Below are positions 1 to 8,820 of a DNA stretch of 64,000 bases, piece after piece (the stretch's first letter is position 1; every line of letters begins with the position of its first letter). The DNA is from a virus (lineage: Duplodnaviria; Caudoviricetes), in IMG/VR virus record IMGVR_UViG_3300012020_000004, positions 1 through 64,000 of that record, one strand, 5' to 3'. Both the position numbers and the translations under genes were made by a program. The notes beneath the pieces are model-generated. The model saw only the letters and a list, made by a program, of their open reading frames with translations, searched no databases and was not told the origin of the DNA.

Positions 1-86
1 CCCCGCCGCAAGGGCTGGGACGGGCTCCGCCCCCGCCGCAAGGGCTGGGACGGGCTCCGCCCCCGCCGCAAGGGCTGGGACGGGCT
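1..86. repeat. 30-bp tandem repeat, about 2.9 copies, truncated by the window start
   Basis: Unit ccccgccgcaagggctgggacgggctccgc at 1-30 and 31-60, with a partial third copy at 61-86. Confidence 0.95.
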
Positions 87-207
87 GCAATGCGGGATAT
101 ATCGCGTCGGTGCATCGAATCGGACACCAGCGGCGGGGGCATGCTTGAAACATCGCACCGCACCGCGCACAAAGGCACAAGCGGGCAACGCTGGCAAACG
201 GATAGCC

Positions 208-229
208 CCCGCTATCGTCCGATAGCGGG
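208..229. other. Perfect 9-bp hairpin with GTCC loop
   Basis: cccgctatc-gtcc-gatagcggg. Confidence 0.7.
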
Positions 230-263
230 AAACCGAGCGCGAATTTTGAAAGAGCGGGCAGAA

Positions 264-304
264 TGCCCTAAATGCTGCCCCCGTCCGGGGGCAGTGTTAG
301 GGCA
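264..304 (-). terminator. Long interrupted hairpin just after the stop of 306-1178 (terminator or processing site)
   Basis: tgccctaa-atg-ctgccccc-gtcc-gggggcag-tg-ttagggca; no clear U-tract. Confidence 0.5.
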
Positions 305-305
305 C

Positions 306-1178
306 TCAGGCGGGAACCTTCACCCGCTTGCCTTCGAAGGCATCAAGGGCAGCAAGTTGGGCCTTTGTGAGTTTGATCCCGATCGCGTCCGCCAGTCGGC
401 AGAATGCTACCGCTCGAAGGTGCGCGGACTGCCCCGCCGCCATGAGATCGGCAAGGGCGCGTTCTTCCGCGTCCGCCTTTCGTGCCGCTTCCGCCGCGGC
501 GGACGCTTCCGCTTCCGCTTTCATCCGGGCGGCGGACGCATCAAGGGCGGCGGACGCTTCCGCCGCTTCCGCATCCGTGATTTGGTGCGGAGCCGCATCG
601 CGCGTGTTAATCGGCGCGTCCGCCGCCGCCCTTGTCATTCGAGCAAGCTCGGCGAGTGCGGCGGCACGATCAACGGCGGGGGGGGCATCGTCCGCAGTGG
701 GGGCAGCGATGGTGCGCACCTTGTCCGCCTTTTTGGCGATGGTGCGGACGGGCAGCGCGGCGGTGCGCGTCACCACGTCCGACACAAGCGCCCTCAGCAG
801 ACCGACGGAAATACCCTTGCGGGAAACGATGCCCGCGTCCGCCTGTTGGATCGCCCATTGTGCGAACGGGGGCAGCCCTTCGCAAGCCTGATCGGGGCGG
901 ATAGCGCCCCACGCAAGGCGGGCGGCGATGCCCGCCAAGCCATTGATGAACGAATCAAGGGAAGGCTTGCCCCCCATGCCCGCTTTGAGCACGGAAACGG
1001 AAAGGCGAATGTCGGACGGGCGCACCAGGGCATCGTCCGCCCCGATGACGTAGCGTGCAACGAGGGCGGGAATATCGCCTGTGGCGAGCGCCTTGCGGTG
1101 CGCGGCAGGGATGAAAACGGGGGCGCCCTCAACGGTGGCGGGGGCGGGGGCGGTGGCGGGGGCGGCGATGGCGGCCAT
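306..1178 (-). CDS. Ala-rich hypothetical protein (290 aa), probably the first gene of the early arm
   Basis: Long ORF with GAGG RBS before ATG; helical Ala/Glu-rich C-terminus; same strand as the early genes at the right end. Confidence 0.7.
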   Translation of the reverse strand: MAAIAAPATAPAPATVEGAPVFIPAAHRKALATGDIPALVARYVIGADDALVRPSDIRLSVSVLKAGMGGKPSLDSFINGLAGIAARLAWGAIRPDQACEGLPPFAQWAIQQADAGIVSRKGISVGLLRALVSDVVTRTAALPVRTIAKKADKVRTIAAPTADDAPPAVDRAAALAELARMTRAAADAPINTRDAAPHQITDAEAAEASAALDASAARMKAEAEASAAAEAARKADAEERALADLMAAGQSAHLRAVAFCRLADAIGIKLTKAQLAALDAFEGKRVKVPA

Positions 1179-1264
1179 GATGAAACCTCACTAGACAAGG
1201 TGCCCACTTGGGGCAAGAACCGCAAACCCTGCGGCAGGGACGAAGCAAAAGAGCTAGGCCGTAG

Positions 1265-1292
1265 ATTAAACGATATACGCGCCACCGTGCAA
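1265..1292 (-). promoter_or_regulatory. Possible sigma70 promoter for the leftward gene
   Basis: Minus strand TTGCAC-16 bp-TTTAAT. Confidence 0.35.
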
Positions 1293-1415
1293 CCACTTTG
1301 TGCAGGGCTCGCACATATACATAGTGCAAAGCGGGGCAACGATGGTGCCGCTTGTATCCATTGTGCATAGTCTAACCATGCACTGCGCATAATTACATCG
1401 CATATTTCGGGGTAG

Positions 1416-1444
1416 TTATCCACATGGTTATCCACATATCCACA
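1416..1444 (+). promoter_or_regulatory. Tandem DnaA boxes in the divergent non-coding region
   Basis: Perfect TTATCCACA at 1416-1424 and 1428-1436; 1-mismatch ATATCCACA at 1436-1444; TTATCCACG at 1625-1633. Confidence 0.6.
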
Positions 1445-1757
1445 TGGCCCTATGACGCGTTTAAACGGCCGTGGTGCGGTTTTGGTTTTCGGCAATGGTA
1501 GCGTATAGGCTATACCCCGCGCCGCTTATACGGGCTTCTAGGGCCATTGTTGCGAATATACGATAACGCTTATATAGCATGTTATCGGCATCGTTTATCA
1601 ACCATTGGGCATATCACCGTGTCATTATCCACGGAGCTAATGACGGGATAAGTTTTATTTATGGGCTGCGATGCCGCGCCTTCACAGGCCCCTCAAAAAT
1701 CCCAGGGCATTTTCAAAACTTCAGTATATACTACACACTACACAGGAGAACTTGACC

Positions 1758-2069
1758 ATGCACCCGACCAACATCTACATCCCAGAGGATCTCTGGGAGG
1801 AGTTCGAAGCCCAGGCCGAGGGCACAAGCGGCCCCCTACCCCACCTCCGCCTAGTCGTGGAGGACTACATCAGGTACCCGAGCCGTATCGCTGCCGCGGC
1901 CAAGGTCGTACTATCCCGCCCCCATCCTCGCTCCGAAACAACAATAAGGAAGGGTGTCAGGTGGCCCACAGAGTTTTGGGATAAAGTTAGAAACACAGCA
2001 TACAAGCTTCATATCTCCAAAGAAGGGCTCATAAGGCTTATCATTGAAGGAGAAGTGAACAAACTTTAG
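1758..2069 (+). CDS. Small DNA-binding protein with two ribbon-helix-helix-like units
   Basis: GGAG RBS; TNIYIPEDLWEEF and KGVRWPTEFWDKV...ISKEGLIRLII are both RHH-type beta-helix-helix patterns. Confidence 0.6.
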   Translation: MHPTNIYIPEDLWEEFEAQAEGTSGPLPHLRLVVEDYIRYPSRIAAAAKVVLSRPHPRSETTIRKGVRWPTEFWDKVRNTAYKLHISKEGLIRLIIEGEVNKL

Positions 2070-2178
2070 CCCTCCCAAAACAACTGTCACCATCAAAAGC
2101 ATCACTAAGACGATAGCCAACTATAGTTGCCAGAACAGCCTCCTACAAGAAGAAATCAACTTAGGGCATAGACCCAAC

Positions 2179-2208
2179 TTGACAACTTCACCGCACTTAG
2201 GCTAGAAG
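2179..2208 (+). promoter_or_regulatory. Candidate sigma70 promoter
   Basis: TTGACA-18 bp-TAGAAG, ending 5 nt before ATG 2214. Confidence 0.4.
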
Positions 2209-2213
2209 CAACC

Positions 2214-3218
2214 ATGGAAAAAACGCTCAGGGATCTCGTCAAGAACCAAGCCGCGCTCGCTCGAGACGTCGGCGTCTCTGTCCAGACCGTCAGGAACTGG
2301 CTGGAGCTCAACGCCATCCCACCCCGCAGGATCATCGACGTGGCCAACGCCCTGGACGTCGAGCTCACCGAGCTTCTGCCCTACGCGCAGAAGGCGTACA
2401 AGCCGGTCCTCACCAGGCCAAAGACACTGGACGACCTCAAAGCCGTGCTCGAGGGCCGGCACGACCCTGCTGACAAGTCAGCGGACAGGATCAAGGGCAC
2501 ATGGGGCGGGCGCCTCCCGCTCCTGTACGAGACCTTGGTCAGGCTTCAGGCCAAGAAGATAACGATCAAGGAAGCTGCCGAAATCCTTGGGATCACTAAG
2601 AGCGCTATCCACAACATCAGAAAGCGCTATGGCACTGCTCCTGGCAGCCTCAAGGCTGCCAAGAAGCCCGAAGGTCGGTACTCACTAACAGCAAAAGAGG
2701 CCAGAAAGCTCACACTTGATGTGATCGCAGGCCGAAAAACGGCCAGAAGCGCAGCGCAGGGCGCGAAAATCAGCCTACGAACACTGCACCGGCACATAGA
2801 AGACGCACTAAGACCCCTCTATCTCAACGAAATAAGCCACTGGAGCAAGAATTTTAGGCTTGCTTTGGCCTATGAAATAGAGAAAAACCTCCCAAAACAT
2901 AGCTTAGAGTGGCGAAAATGGGCCGAAGAACGCCACTTATTGCTCAAAAAATCACCAGTTTGGCCTAAATCTCCCAAAAACTGGAGAGAAGTCTCTATCA
3001 GAAGGGTCATCATTGCTATTTTGAGTGGCGAGCACACGGTTACGGAGCTCGCTGCCATGCGGGGCGGGAAGGCCCACATCCTTATGGAACATGTGGAGCG
3101 CGAACTGAGCCAACTAGGGATGCCGGCCCTGTCCTTGACCATACACCACCAAGCCGCGGCTGCCGAGATCATCCTTGCCCGCGAAAGTTACTTCAGGAAA
3201 GCCCATGCTGGACCGTGA
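2214..3218 (+). CDS. Multi-HTH transcriptional regulator (N-terminal Cro/XRE-like HTH plus 2-3 further HTH-like segments)
   Basis: QAALARDVGVSVQTVRNW, TIKEAAEILGITKSAIHNIRKR, TARSAAQGAKISLRTLHRHI. Confidence 0.7.
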   Translation: MEKTLRDLVKNQAALARDVGVSVQTVRNWLELNAIPPRRIIDVANALDVELTELLPYAQKAYKPVLTRPKTLDDLKAVLEGRHDPADKSADRIKGTWGGRLPLLYETLVRLQAKKITIKEAAEILGITKSAIHNIRKRYGTAPGSLKAAKKPEGRYSLTAKEARKLTLDVIAGRKTARSAAQGAKISLRTLHRHIEDALRPLYLNEISHWSKNFRLALAYEIEKNLPKHSLEWRKWAEERHLLLKKSPVWPKSPKNWREVSIRRVIIAILSGEHTVTELAAMRGGKAHILMEHVERELSQLGMPALSLTIHHQAAAAEIILARESYFRKAHAGP

Positions 3219-3663
3219 AAAGTACGACCAGGTCATTTCCGGGGACGCCTTCAGTAGCGCCGCCGAGTCAACGATCTTCGAAGACATCAAAGACTGGGAC
3301 GTGGAGGAGCTCCTGGAGCTTCGCGCGTCCATTGATGCGCTTCTGCCCGCTAGTAACCTAAGCGAAATGAACCTTGAGGGGGAGCTTGTACGGCAGTATT
3401 ACCGGGTTGTTGCCCTGCAGACCAGGACGTTGGCCGACGAACGAACCCCCGCTAACCAGCTTGCACAGGTCAGCAACGTCGTGGCGAGCACGCTACAGCA
3501 GCTGGTCAAGATGCAGATGGATGTGCGCCGGGACGAACAGCTCAAGCTCATTGAGGTCGCGCTCCTCGAGGCGATCCAGGACCTTCCCCAAGAGACGAAA
3601 GACTGCTTCTTCGCCCGCTACGAGAAGATCGCGGAGCGGGTCGGGGCGATGGGCAAGGCTTGA
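3205..3663 (+). CDS. Probable terminase small subunit
   Basis: 152-aa helical protein upstream of TerL; assignment is positional. Confidence 0.5.
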   Translation: MLDREKYDQVISGDAFSSAAESTIFEDIKDWDVEELLELRASIDALLPASNLSEMNLEGELVRQYYRVVALQTRTLADERTPANQLAQVSNVVASTLQQLVKMQMDVRRDEQLKLIEVALLEAIQDLPQETKDCFFARYEKIAERVGAMGKA

Positions 3664-3707
3664 CAGGCATACACAGGCATACTACACTACGCACACGGAG
3701 GATTAGG

Positions 3708-3911
3708 ATGGCACGCAAGTCGAAGAGAACGTCTCTGTTTCTGTTTGAAGACCAGTTGGAGGACCTCGCCAGGTTGTCGGAACAAACAGGGGCCCCTCAG
3801 TCAGAGATGATACGTCGTGCCATTGATGTCTACCTTCAACACAGGAGCGTAGAAAATGGTAAAGGCGTTGAACCTGACAGGCCAGAGGTTCGGCCGAGTG
3901 GTGGTCATTGA
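3708..3911 (+). CDS. CopG/RHH-family DNA-binding protein
   Basis: KRTSLFLFEDQLEDLARLSEQTGAPQSEMIRRAIDVYL is a classic RHH pattern; GGAGG RBS. Confidence 0.8.
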   Translation: MARKSKRTSLFLFEDQLEDLARLSEQTGAPQSEMIRRAIDVYLQHRSVENGKGVEPDRPEVRPSGGH

Positions 3912-4779
3912 TCGCAGCACCAGTAAGCCCCGAGGAGCCACATGGTGGAACTGTAAGTGCGACTGTGGCAATACAAAGGTGCTACGTGGCTCTCTGCTTG
4001 TGAGCGGTAATACTAGGTCATGCGGCTGTTTGGAGGCTGAAAACCGTACAAACAATGTTTCTAAACATAAAGCCAAAGCCGAGGATTATCTTGGCAAGAA
4101 GTTTGGTCGAATAACGATTACTAGAGTTTACACCGAACGGCAGAAAGTCCGAGTACATGGTAGCTGTGACTGTGGGAACACCTGGAAAGGTGTTTTGACC
4201 ACGTTAATTAAGGGGCGTATTCAGTCATGTGGTTGTCTAATTGGTGAGTCTGCTAAAGCTAGATTTACCAAGCATGGGCAAACTGTAGGTGGGCTAACCC
4301 GTGAGTACAAAGCCTGGCAGGCCATGATGCGCCGCTGTTACGACGAACAACATAAAGACTACGAGCATTACCGCAGTAGAGGCATTACTGTCTGTGAGGA
4401 GTGGCGCAACGACGCGGGGAGGTTTGTCTCTGACATGGGTGAGTGCCCCGAGGGTTATACCCTGGACAGGATTGACAACGATGGCCCGTATGCACCTTGG
4501 AACTGCAGGTGGGCGACCAGGCTTACACAGTCCAGGAACAGCTCTCAAGTTAAGCTCCTAACGTTTAATGGTATGACGAAGCCTATGTCACAGTGGGCGG
4601 AAGAGTTAGGGCTCTCCTACTACGTGTTGCGTACCAGGATACATAATCTTGGCTGGGACGTAGCCAGAGCACTTACAGAGCCCGTTCGTAAGTTCACTGC
4701 GGGTGGCCCTAGAAAAGAACGGACTAAGGTGACAAAGTCACAAGGCACTATTAAAGTAAGGTGGCGCAGAGATGGCTAA
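3856..4779 (+). CDS. Free-standing HNH-type homing endonuclease with three Cys-rich repeats
   Basis: Repeats of G.rFGR..V...C.CDCG...SCGC, then LDRIDNDGPYAPWNCRWAT. Confidence 0.8.
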   Translation: MVKALNLTGQRFGRVVVIDRSTSKPRGATWWNCKCDCGNTKVLRGSLLVSGNTRSCGCLEAENRTNNVSKHKAKAEDYLGKKFGRITITRVYTERQKVRVHGSCDCGNTWKGVLTTLIKGRIQSCGCLIGESAKARFTKHGQTVGGLTREYKAWQAMMRRCYDEQHKDYEHYRSRGITVCEEWRNDAGRFVSDMGECPEGYTLDRIDNDGPYAPWNCRWATRLTQSRNSSQVKLLTFNGMTKPMSQWAEELGLSYYVLRTRIHNLGWDVARALTEPVRKFTAGGPRKERTKVTKSQGTIKVRWRRDG

Positions 4780-6472
4780 CGAAATTTGGAACGTTCACAT
4801 CAATCGGCTGAAGGTGTCATCGTCCTATAGTAACAACCTTGGGATGCTGCCAAAGTGGCTAGAGGACAACACCTATGTTAACGGGAGCCCGTGGTCGTTC
4901 AAGGATCACGAGTGGCAGTTGGGGCCCCTCCTCTCTCTGGCACCTGAACAGGCATTGATCAAGCCCTCACAGGTGGGGGCATCTGAGCTATCTATCCGGT
5001 GGAGCCTGGCCCGAGTCAACATCATGAAGGGGTACACACTGATCTACGTGCTCCCCTCCTCCAAGTTTGCCGGCACTTTCGCCAAAACTCGAGCTGACGC
5101 GGTCATCAACGACAGCCCTGCCCTCTCTTCTGGTGTAGACAGGGACCTTAACTCTTCTGAGGTCAAGAGGTTTGGCAGCTCTTACATCTACTTCCGCGGC
5201 GCACAGGTAGGTGCACAGGCCGTGTCTATCCCGGCTTCGTGCATTGTGGCGGACGAGACCTGCTTCTGCGACCAAGACATTCTTACGGCTTACACATCAC
5301 GCTTGACGCATAGTGAGCACCGACATCGTATCAGCTTGAGCACTCCTACGTTGCCCGACTATGCCATCGACTCAGACTTCAAGGACTCGCTGCGCCACTA
5401 CCGTATGTACAAGTGTAGCCATTGTGGTTCGTGGCACTGGTTCGACTTTTTCAATGACGTGAGGGTGCCGGGGGCCCCAGACTTTAACTTCCACGCCATC
5501 ACCCCTGCCCTTCTGCAAAAGTACCCCCAATATGTTGACGCTCATATCGCCTGTCCTACATGTGGAAAGCAACCTGACCTGGGACCCGACTACCGTGAGT
5601 GGGTCCCCGAAAACAAGGAGTACACGGGTCGTCGCCACGGGTGGCACATCAGCCCTATCGATGTCCCAAGGTATAACACCCCGGCCTACATGATCGAGGC
5701 GGCTACACGCTACGCGCTTCGAGAGGACTGGATGAACAACACACTTGGTATCACGGCCCAGGCACAAGACTCAACATTGTCCAGAGAGGACATGATCAAG
5801 TGCTTGGTGGATGACGCCCCTGAGAATGGCTACAGCTATGTCATGGGACTTGACTTGGGCGTAGAGTCGTACTGCGTCATCGCTGCTGTTATGCGTGACC
5901 AAACACTTGTGGTAATGCACATAGAATCTATTAACATCAACAACCTCTTGGAGCGCCGGCTGGAACTAGAGCGCAAATATCGAGTAAGGATGACGGTGGT
6001 CGACAGTCAACCCTATTCAGAAAGCGTTTATCGCATGCAAAAAGCGTCCATGAACCTTTACGCTGCTGTGTACACGAAAAATAGAAGTGTAGAGACGCAC
6101 ACCGTAAGAATGCAGGACAAAGATGCTGACAAGGGCAAACTGGATCTGCGCATGGTCAACATTAACAGGGACCGTGCTTTTGACGTCCTGATGGAGAACG
6201 TCAAGTCTGGCCTCATCCTGAAGAGACGGGATGACAACGATGAGTTGTGGGTGTCCCACGCTACGGACATGAAGCGCGTAAAGACTTTTGACAGAGACAA
6301 CGAGCTGTCTGTCACCTGGCAGAAATCTAAGCGGGGCGTGGACCACGCCTGGCACGCTACTCTGTATGCCTGGGTCGCGGCCCAACTCATCTCGACGGCC
6401 CGGGGCTCGACCGTGCGCCTGCCGCTGGCCACGAGCTTCAAGATGGCGCCGCCCAAGCCCGTAACGTCGTGA
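4772..6472 (+). CDS. terL: Terminase large subunit (lambda GpA-like)
   Basis: IKPSQVGASE Walker A variant, IVADE Walker B, CSHC/CPTC zinc motifs, GLDLG nuclease motif, C-terminal DHAWHA. Confidence 0.9.
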   Translation: MANEIWNVHINRLKVSSSYSNNLGMLPKWLEDNTYVNGSPWSFKDHEWQLGPLLSLAPEQALIKPSQVGASELSIRWSLARVNIMKGYTLIYVLPSSKFAGTFAKTRADAVINDSPALSSGVDRDLNSSEVKRFGSSYIYFRGAQVGAQAVSIPASCIVADETCFCDQDILTAYTSRLTHSEHRHRISLSTPTLPDYAIDSDFKDSLRHYRMYKCSHCGSWHWFDFFNDVRVPGAPDFNFHAITPALLQKYPQYVDAHIACPTCGKQPDLGPDYREWVPENKEYTGRRHGWHISPIDVPRYNTPAYMIEAATRYALREDWMNNTLGITAQAQDSTLSREDMIKCLVDDAPENGYSYVMGLDLGVESYCVIAAVMRDQTLVVMHIESININNLLERRLELERKYRVRMTVVDSQPYSESVYRMQKASMNLYAAVYTKNRSVETHTVRMQDKDADKGKLDLRMVNINRDRAFDVLMENVKSGLILKRRDDNDELWVSHATDMKRVKTFDRDNELSVTWQKSKRGVDHAWHATLYAWVAAQLISTARGSTVRLPLATSFKMAPPKPVTS

Positions 6473-6509
6473 TATGCTCTCGGTGACCCTTCGTCACCGA
6501 GATTGCATA

Positions 6510-7223
6510 ATGGCCAAGCCGAAGTTGAAGAGGAGCGCCCAGCCCGCCCTGGAGCTGGTAACGCCCGAGCTGCCCCACCAACGCTTCACTCCTCCCCCGC
6601 CGCTGCGCCCTCGAACCGAGAGCCAGCGGCTTCTTCTTTCCAGCCTGCGGGCCAACACCCTGACCCTGGTCAAGGGCAGCGCCGGCACTGGCAAGACGTA
6701 CGTGCCCCTGGCCTACGCCGCGGACCTCCTGCGGGCCCACGAGATCGAGCGGATCATCCTGACGAGACCCCTCGTGGGCGTGGAGGACGAGGACGACAAG
6801 ATCGGCGCCCTCCCCGGCGAGCTCGAGCAGAAGATGATGTTCTGGGCCATGCCGATGATGGACGTCCTCGAGGAGCGCCTGGGCCGCAGCCAGGTCCAGG
6901 CCCTCATCCGGGGAGACCGGATCAGGGTGGCGCCAATGGCGTTTCTACGGGGCGCCAGTCTCAACGAGGCCTTCGTCCACTGCACCGAGGCGCAGAACTC
7001 GACGCCCAAGCAGCTCAAGATGCTGCTCACCCGGGTGGGGGAAGGGGCGAAGATCTGCGTGGATGGCGACACGTCGCAGTCGGATCTTCCAGGTGCCAAT
7101 GGCCTGGAAGACGTCATCCGGCGCGCGAGCGGTAAGCATGGCGTTGGGCTGGTGGAGTTTGGCCGCGCAGACGTCGTGCGCTCAGGCTTCTGCCAGCAAG
7201 TCCTTGACTGGTACGACGAATAA
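6510..7223 (+). CDS. phoH: PhoH-family ATPase
   Basis: GSAGTGKT Walker A, LTRP, GALPGELEQKM, FLRGASL, EAQN, LTRVG, GDTSQSD. Confidence 0.92.
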   Translation: MAKPKLKRSAQPALELVTPELPHQRFTPPPPLRPRTESQRLLLSSLRANTLTLVKGSAGTGKTYVPLAYAADLLRAHEIERIILTRPLVGVEDEDDKIGALPGELEQKMMFWAMPMMDVLEERLGRSQVQALIRGDRIRVAPMAFLRGASLNEAFVHCTEAQNSTPKQLKMLLTRVGEGAKICVDGDTSQSDLPGANGLEDVIRRASGKHGVGLVEFGRADVVRSGFCQQVLDWYDE

Positions 7224-7229
7224 AGCGGC

Positions 7230-7258
7230 TTGATACCGCGATAAACTGCGCTTATACT
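7230..7258 (+). promoter_or_regulatory. Near-consensus sigma70 promoter
   Basis: TTGATA-17 bp-TATACT, upstream of the GGAG RBS and ATG 7294. Confidence 0.7.
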
Positions 7259-7293
7259 CCAGGGAGGACGTCCTTGCTCTCTGGAGTAGTCAC

Positions 7294-8820
7294 ATGACTG
7301 AATTTGTACCGGGTACTCACCCTGATTTTGACACTGACTCGGATGGGCGCGCGGTCGCCTTCCGGGACCGCGGGGGCCAACACCACGGGCTCGTGACCTA
7401 CCAGACGAGCCCGGGTGGGGGGGTTGAATTCGTCGCCGGCTCCGAGCGGATGATCCATGTAGCCGTCGTACAGCAAGGGATCGGCGCCGAGTTGCCCGCG
7501 CGCCCAACCGCGGAAATCGTGCATTGGTACGCCCACGACTACCTCCCTCCAGACCTCCTGCACCCATACGATCAGGTGTTCCCTTCGGGGCCGCTGCGCC
7601 TTTTCGAGCGCGGGCAACTCGGTGCGGTGCATGACGCGGGCAACCGCGCGGCAGTGCAGACGGCAACTGGAGTGGGCGCGCTAAACGGCGCGATTGACGT
7701 GCTGCTCGACAAGTCGACCAACTTAGCGAATGCGACCGGCACGGCTGCCGCGCGCCCAACGCTCAACGGTCGCGTGAATCGCTGCAACAGCACGCACAAC
7801 CTCTCGACCTGGACGCTGACTGGCAACGGCGGCGCGGTCGCGCCGGTCGTCACGCCGAACGCCGGACTCGCGCCAGATGGGACGCAGACCGCGACCAGGA
7901 TCGACTTCAATTGCGTGAACGATGCGGTGTCGACTTATGAATCCCGCATCCTGCACAACGTGGATTCCCTCGACACCGCAGAGCTGCTTCGCACGTCGAT
8001 CTGGCTCAAGGCCGCCACTCCGGCCGACGTGGGCAAAAAAGTGCGGATCGTACACTCGAACACCGCATCCCCGTACAGCGGCTATCTCTACACGCTCACC
8101 GACAGCTGGGTCAAAGTTGACGCGGACCCGACGCGGACAAGCCTTACGACTACGAGTTGGTATCTGTCTACTCGCGGCACCTACACCCAAGCAACGGCCT
8201 CCGTGCTGGTGTGGCGTCCAGATATCCGCTACCGCAGCGAGATCGATCTGCCGTATCAAGAGGTGCGCAGCGCCACGGATTATGACGTCGCCGGCTTCCC
8301 GCTCGGGGCGAAATTCGACGGGGCGGATGATGCACTTTCCGTCGCTGCCGGGGGTGGTAGTACGTCTGCGTTCTTCTTTTGTGCATCCCTGCGGTTCGAG
8401 AAGCGCAACGTTGCGCAAACCCTGTTCTCGGACGCCGGCACGAACACCGGCTACATCGTGCGTATCAACGCCAGCAACCAGGTCGAGGTCTCGGCCGGCA
8501 ACGGCACGGCTTACACCACCGTCACTGTGACTGCGCCGACGCTGGTCCTTGGAGATCGTGTGGTCGTCACCGCATGGCACGATGGCGCCAACCTATACGC
8601 GCAGATCAACGACGGCGATATCGCCAGTGCGGCATTCGGTACCGCCTCCGCAGGCTCGGCGGGCTACACCATCGGCAAGGACAACGCCGCAGCAAGCGGC
8701 TATTTCGGCGGCACGCTCTACACCTGGGTGGTGATGAAAAATGCCGTCCCGAGCGCGGCAAACCGTGACGTGGTGCAGGCGTACTGCGGCGGGAAAGCCA
8801 AGATCGAGGTTGGCTCGTGA
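7294..8820 (+). CDS. Beta-rich lectin-like protein (CBM-like segment plus C-terminal concanavalin A/LamG-like domain); candidate fibre or adhesin
   Basis: NAGLAPDGTQTATRI motif of phage fibre lectins; C-terminal VVVTAWHDGANLYAQIN...IGKD...YFGGTLY LamG pattern; Thr/Ala/Gly-rich. Confidence 0.6.
   Translation: MTEFVPGTHPDFDTDSDGRAVAFRDRGGQHHGLVTYQTSPGGGVEFVAGSERMIHVAVVQQGIGAELPARPTAEIVHWYAHDYLPPDLLHPYDQVFPSGPLRLFERGQLGAVHDAGNRAAVQTATGVGALNGAIDVLLDKSTNLANATGTAAARPTLNGRVNRCNSTHNLSTWTLTGNGGAVAPVVTPNAGLAPDGTQTATRIDFNCVNDAVSTYESRILHNVDSLDTAELLRTSIWLKAATPADVGKKVRIVHSNTASPYSGYLYTLTDSWVKVDADPTRTSLTTTSWYLSTRGTYTQATASVLVWRPDIRYRSEIDLPYQEVRSATDYDVAGFPLGAKFDGADDALSVAAGGGSTSAFFFCASLRFEKRNVAQTLFSDAGTNTGYIVRINASNQVEVSAGNGTAYTTVTVTAPTLVLGDRVVVTAWHDGANLYAQINDGDIASAAFGTASAGSAGYTIGKDNAAASGYFGGTLYTWVVMKNAVPSAANRDVVQAYCGGKAKIEVGS

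Noticed and set aside
1-86. CRISPR array
   Set aside because: The repeats are directly adjacent with no spacers, and no cas genes are present.
90-1370. 426-aa plus-strand ORF
   Set aside because: Arg/Gly-rich antisense shadow of the Ala-rich minus-strand gene; no RBS or recognisable domain.
2214-3218. CI-type repressor implying a temperate lifestyle
   Set aside because: No S24 peptidase domain, integrase or att site is visible; lifestyle cannot be settled because the genome extends beyond the window.
6479-6501. Strong hairpin ctcggtgac-ccttc-gtcaccgag between terL and phoH as a separate ncRNA
   Set aside because: A single short stem, adequately explained as an mRNA stabiliser or attenuator.
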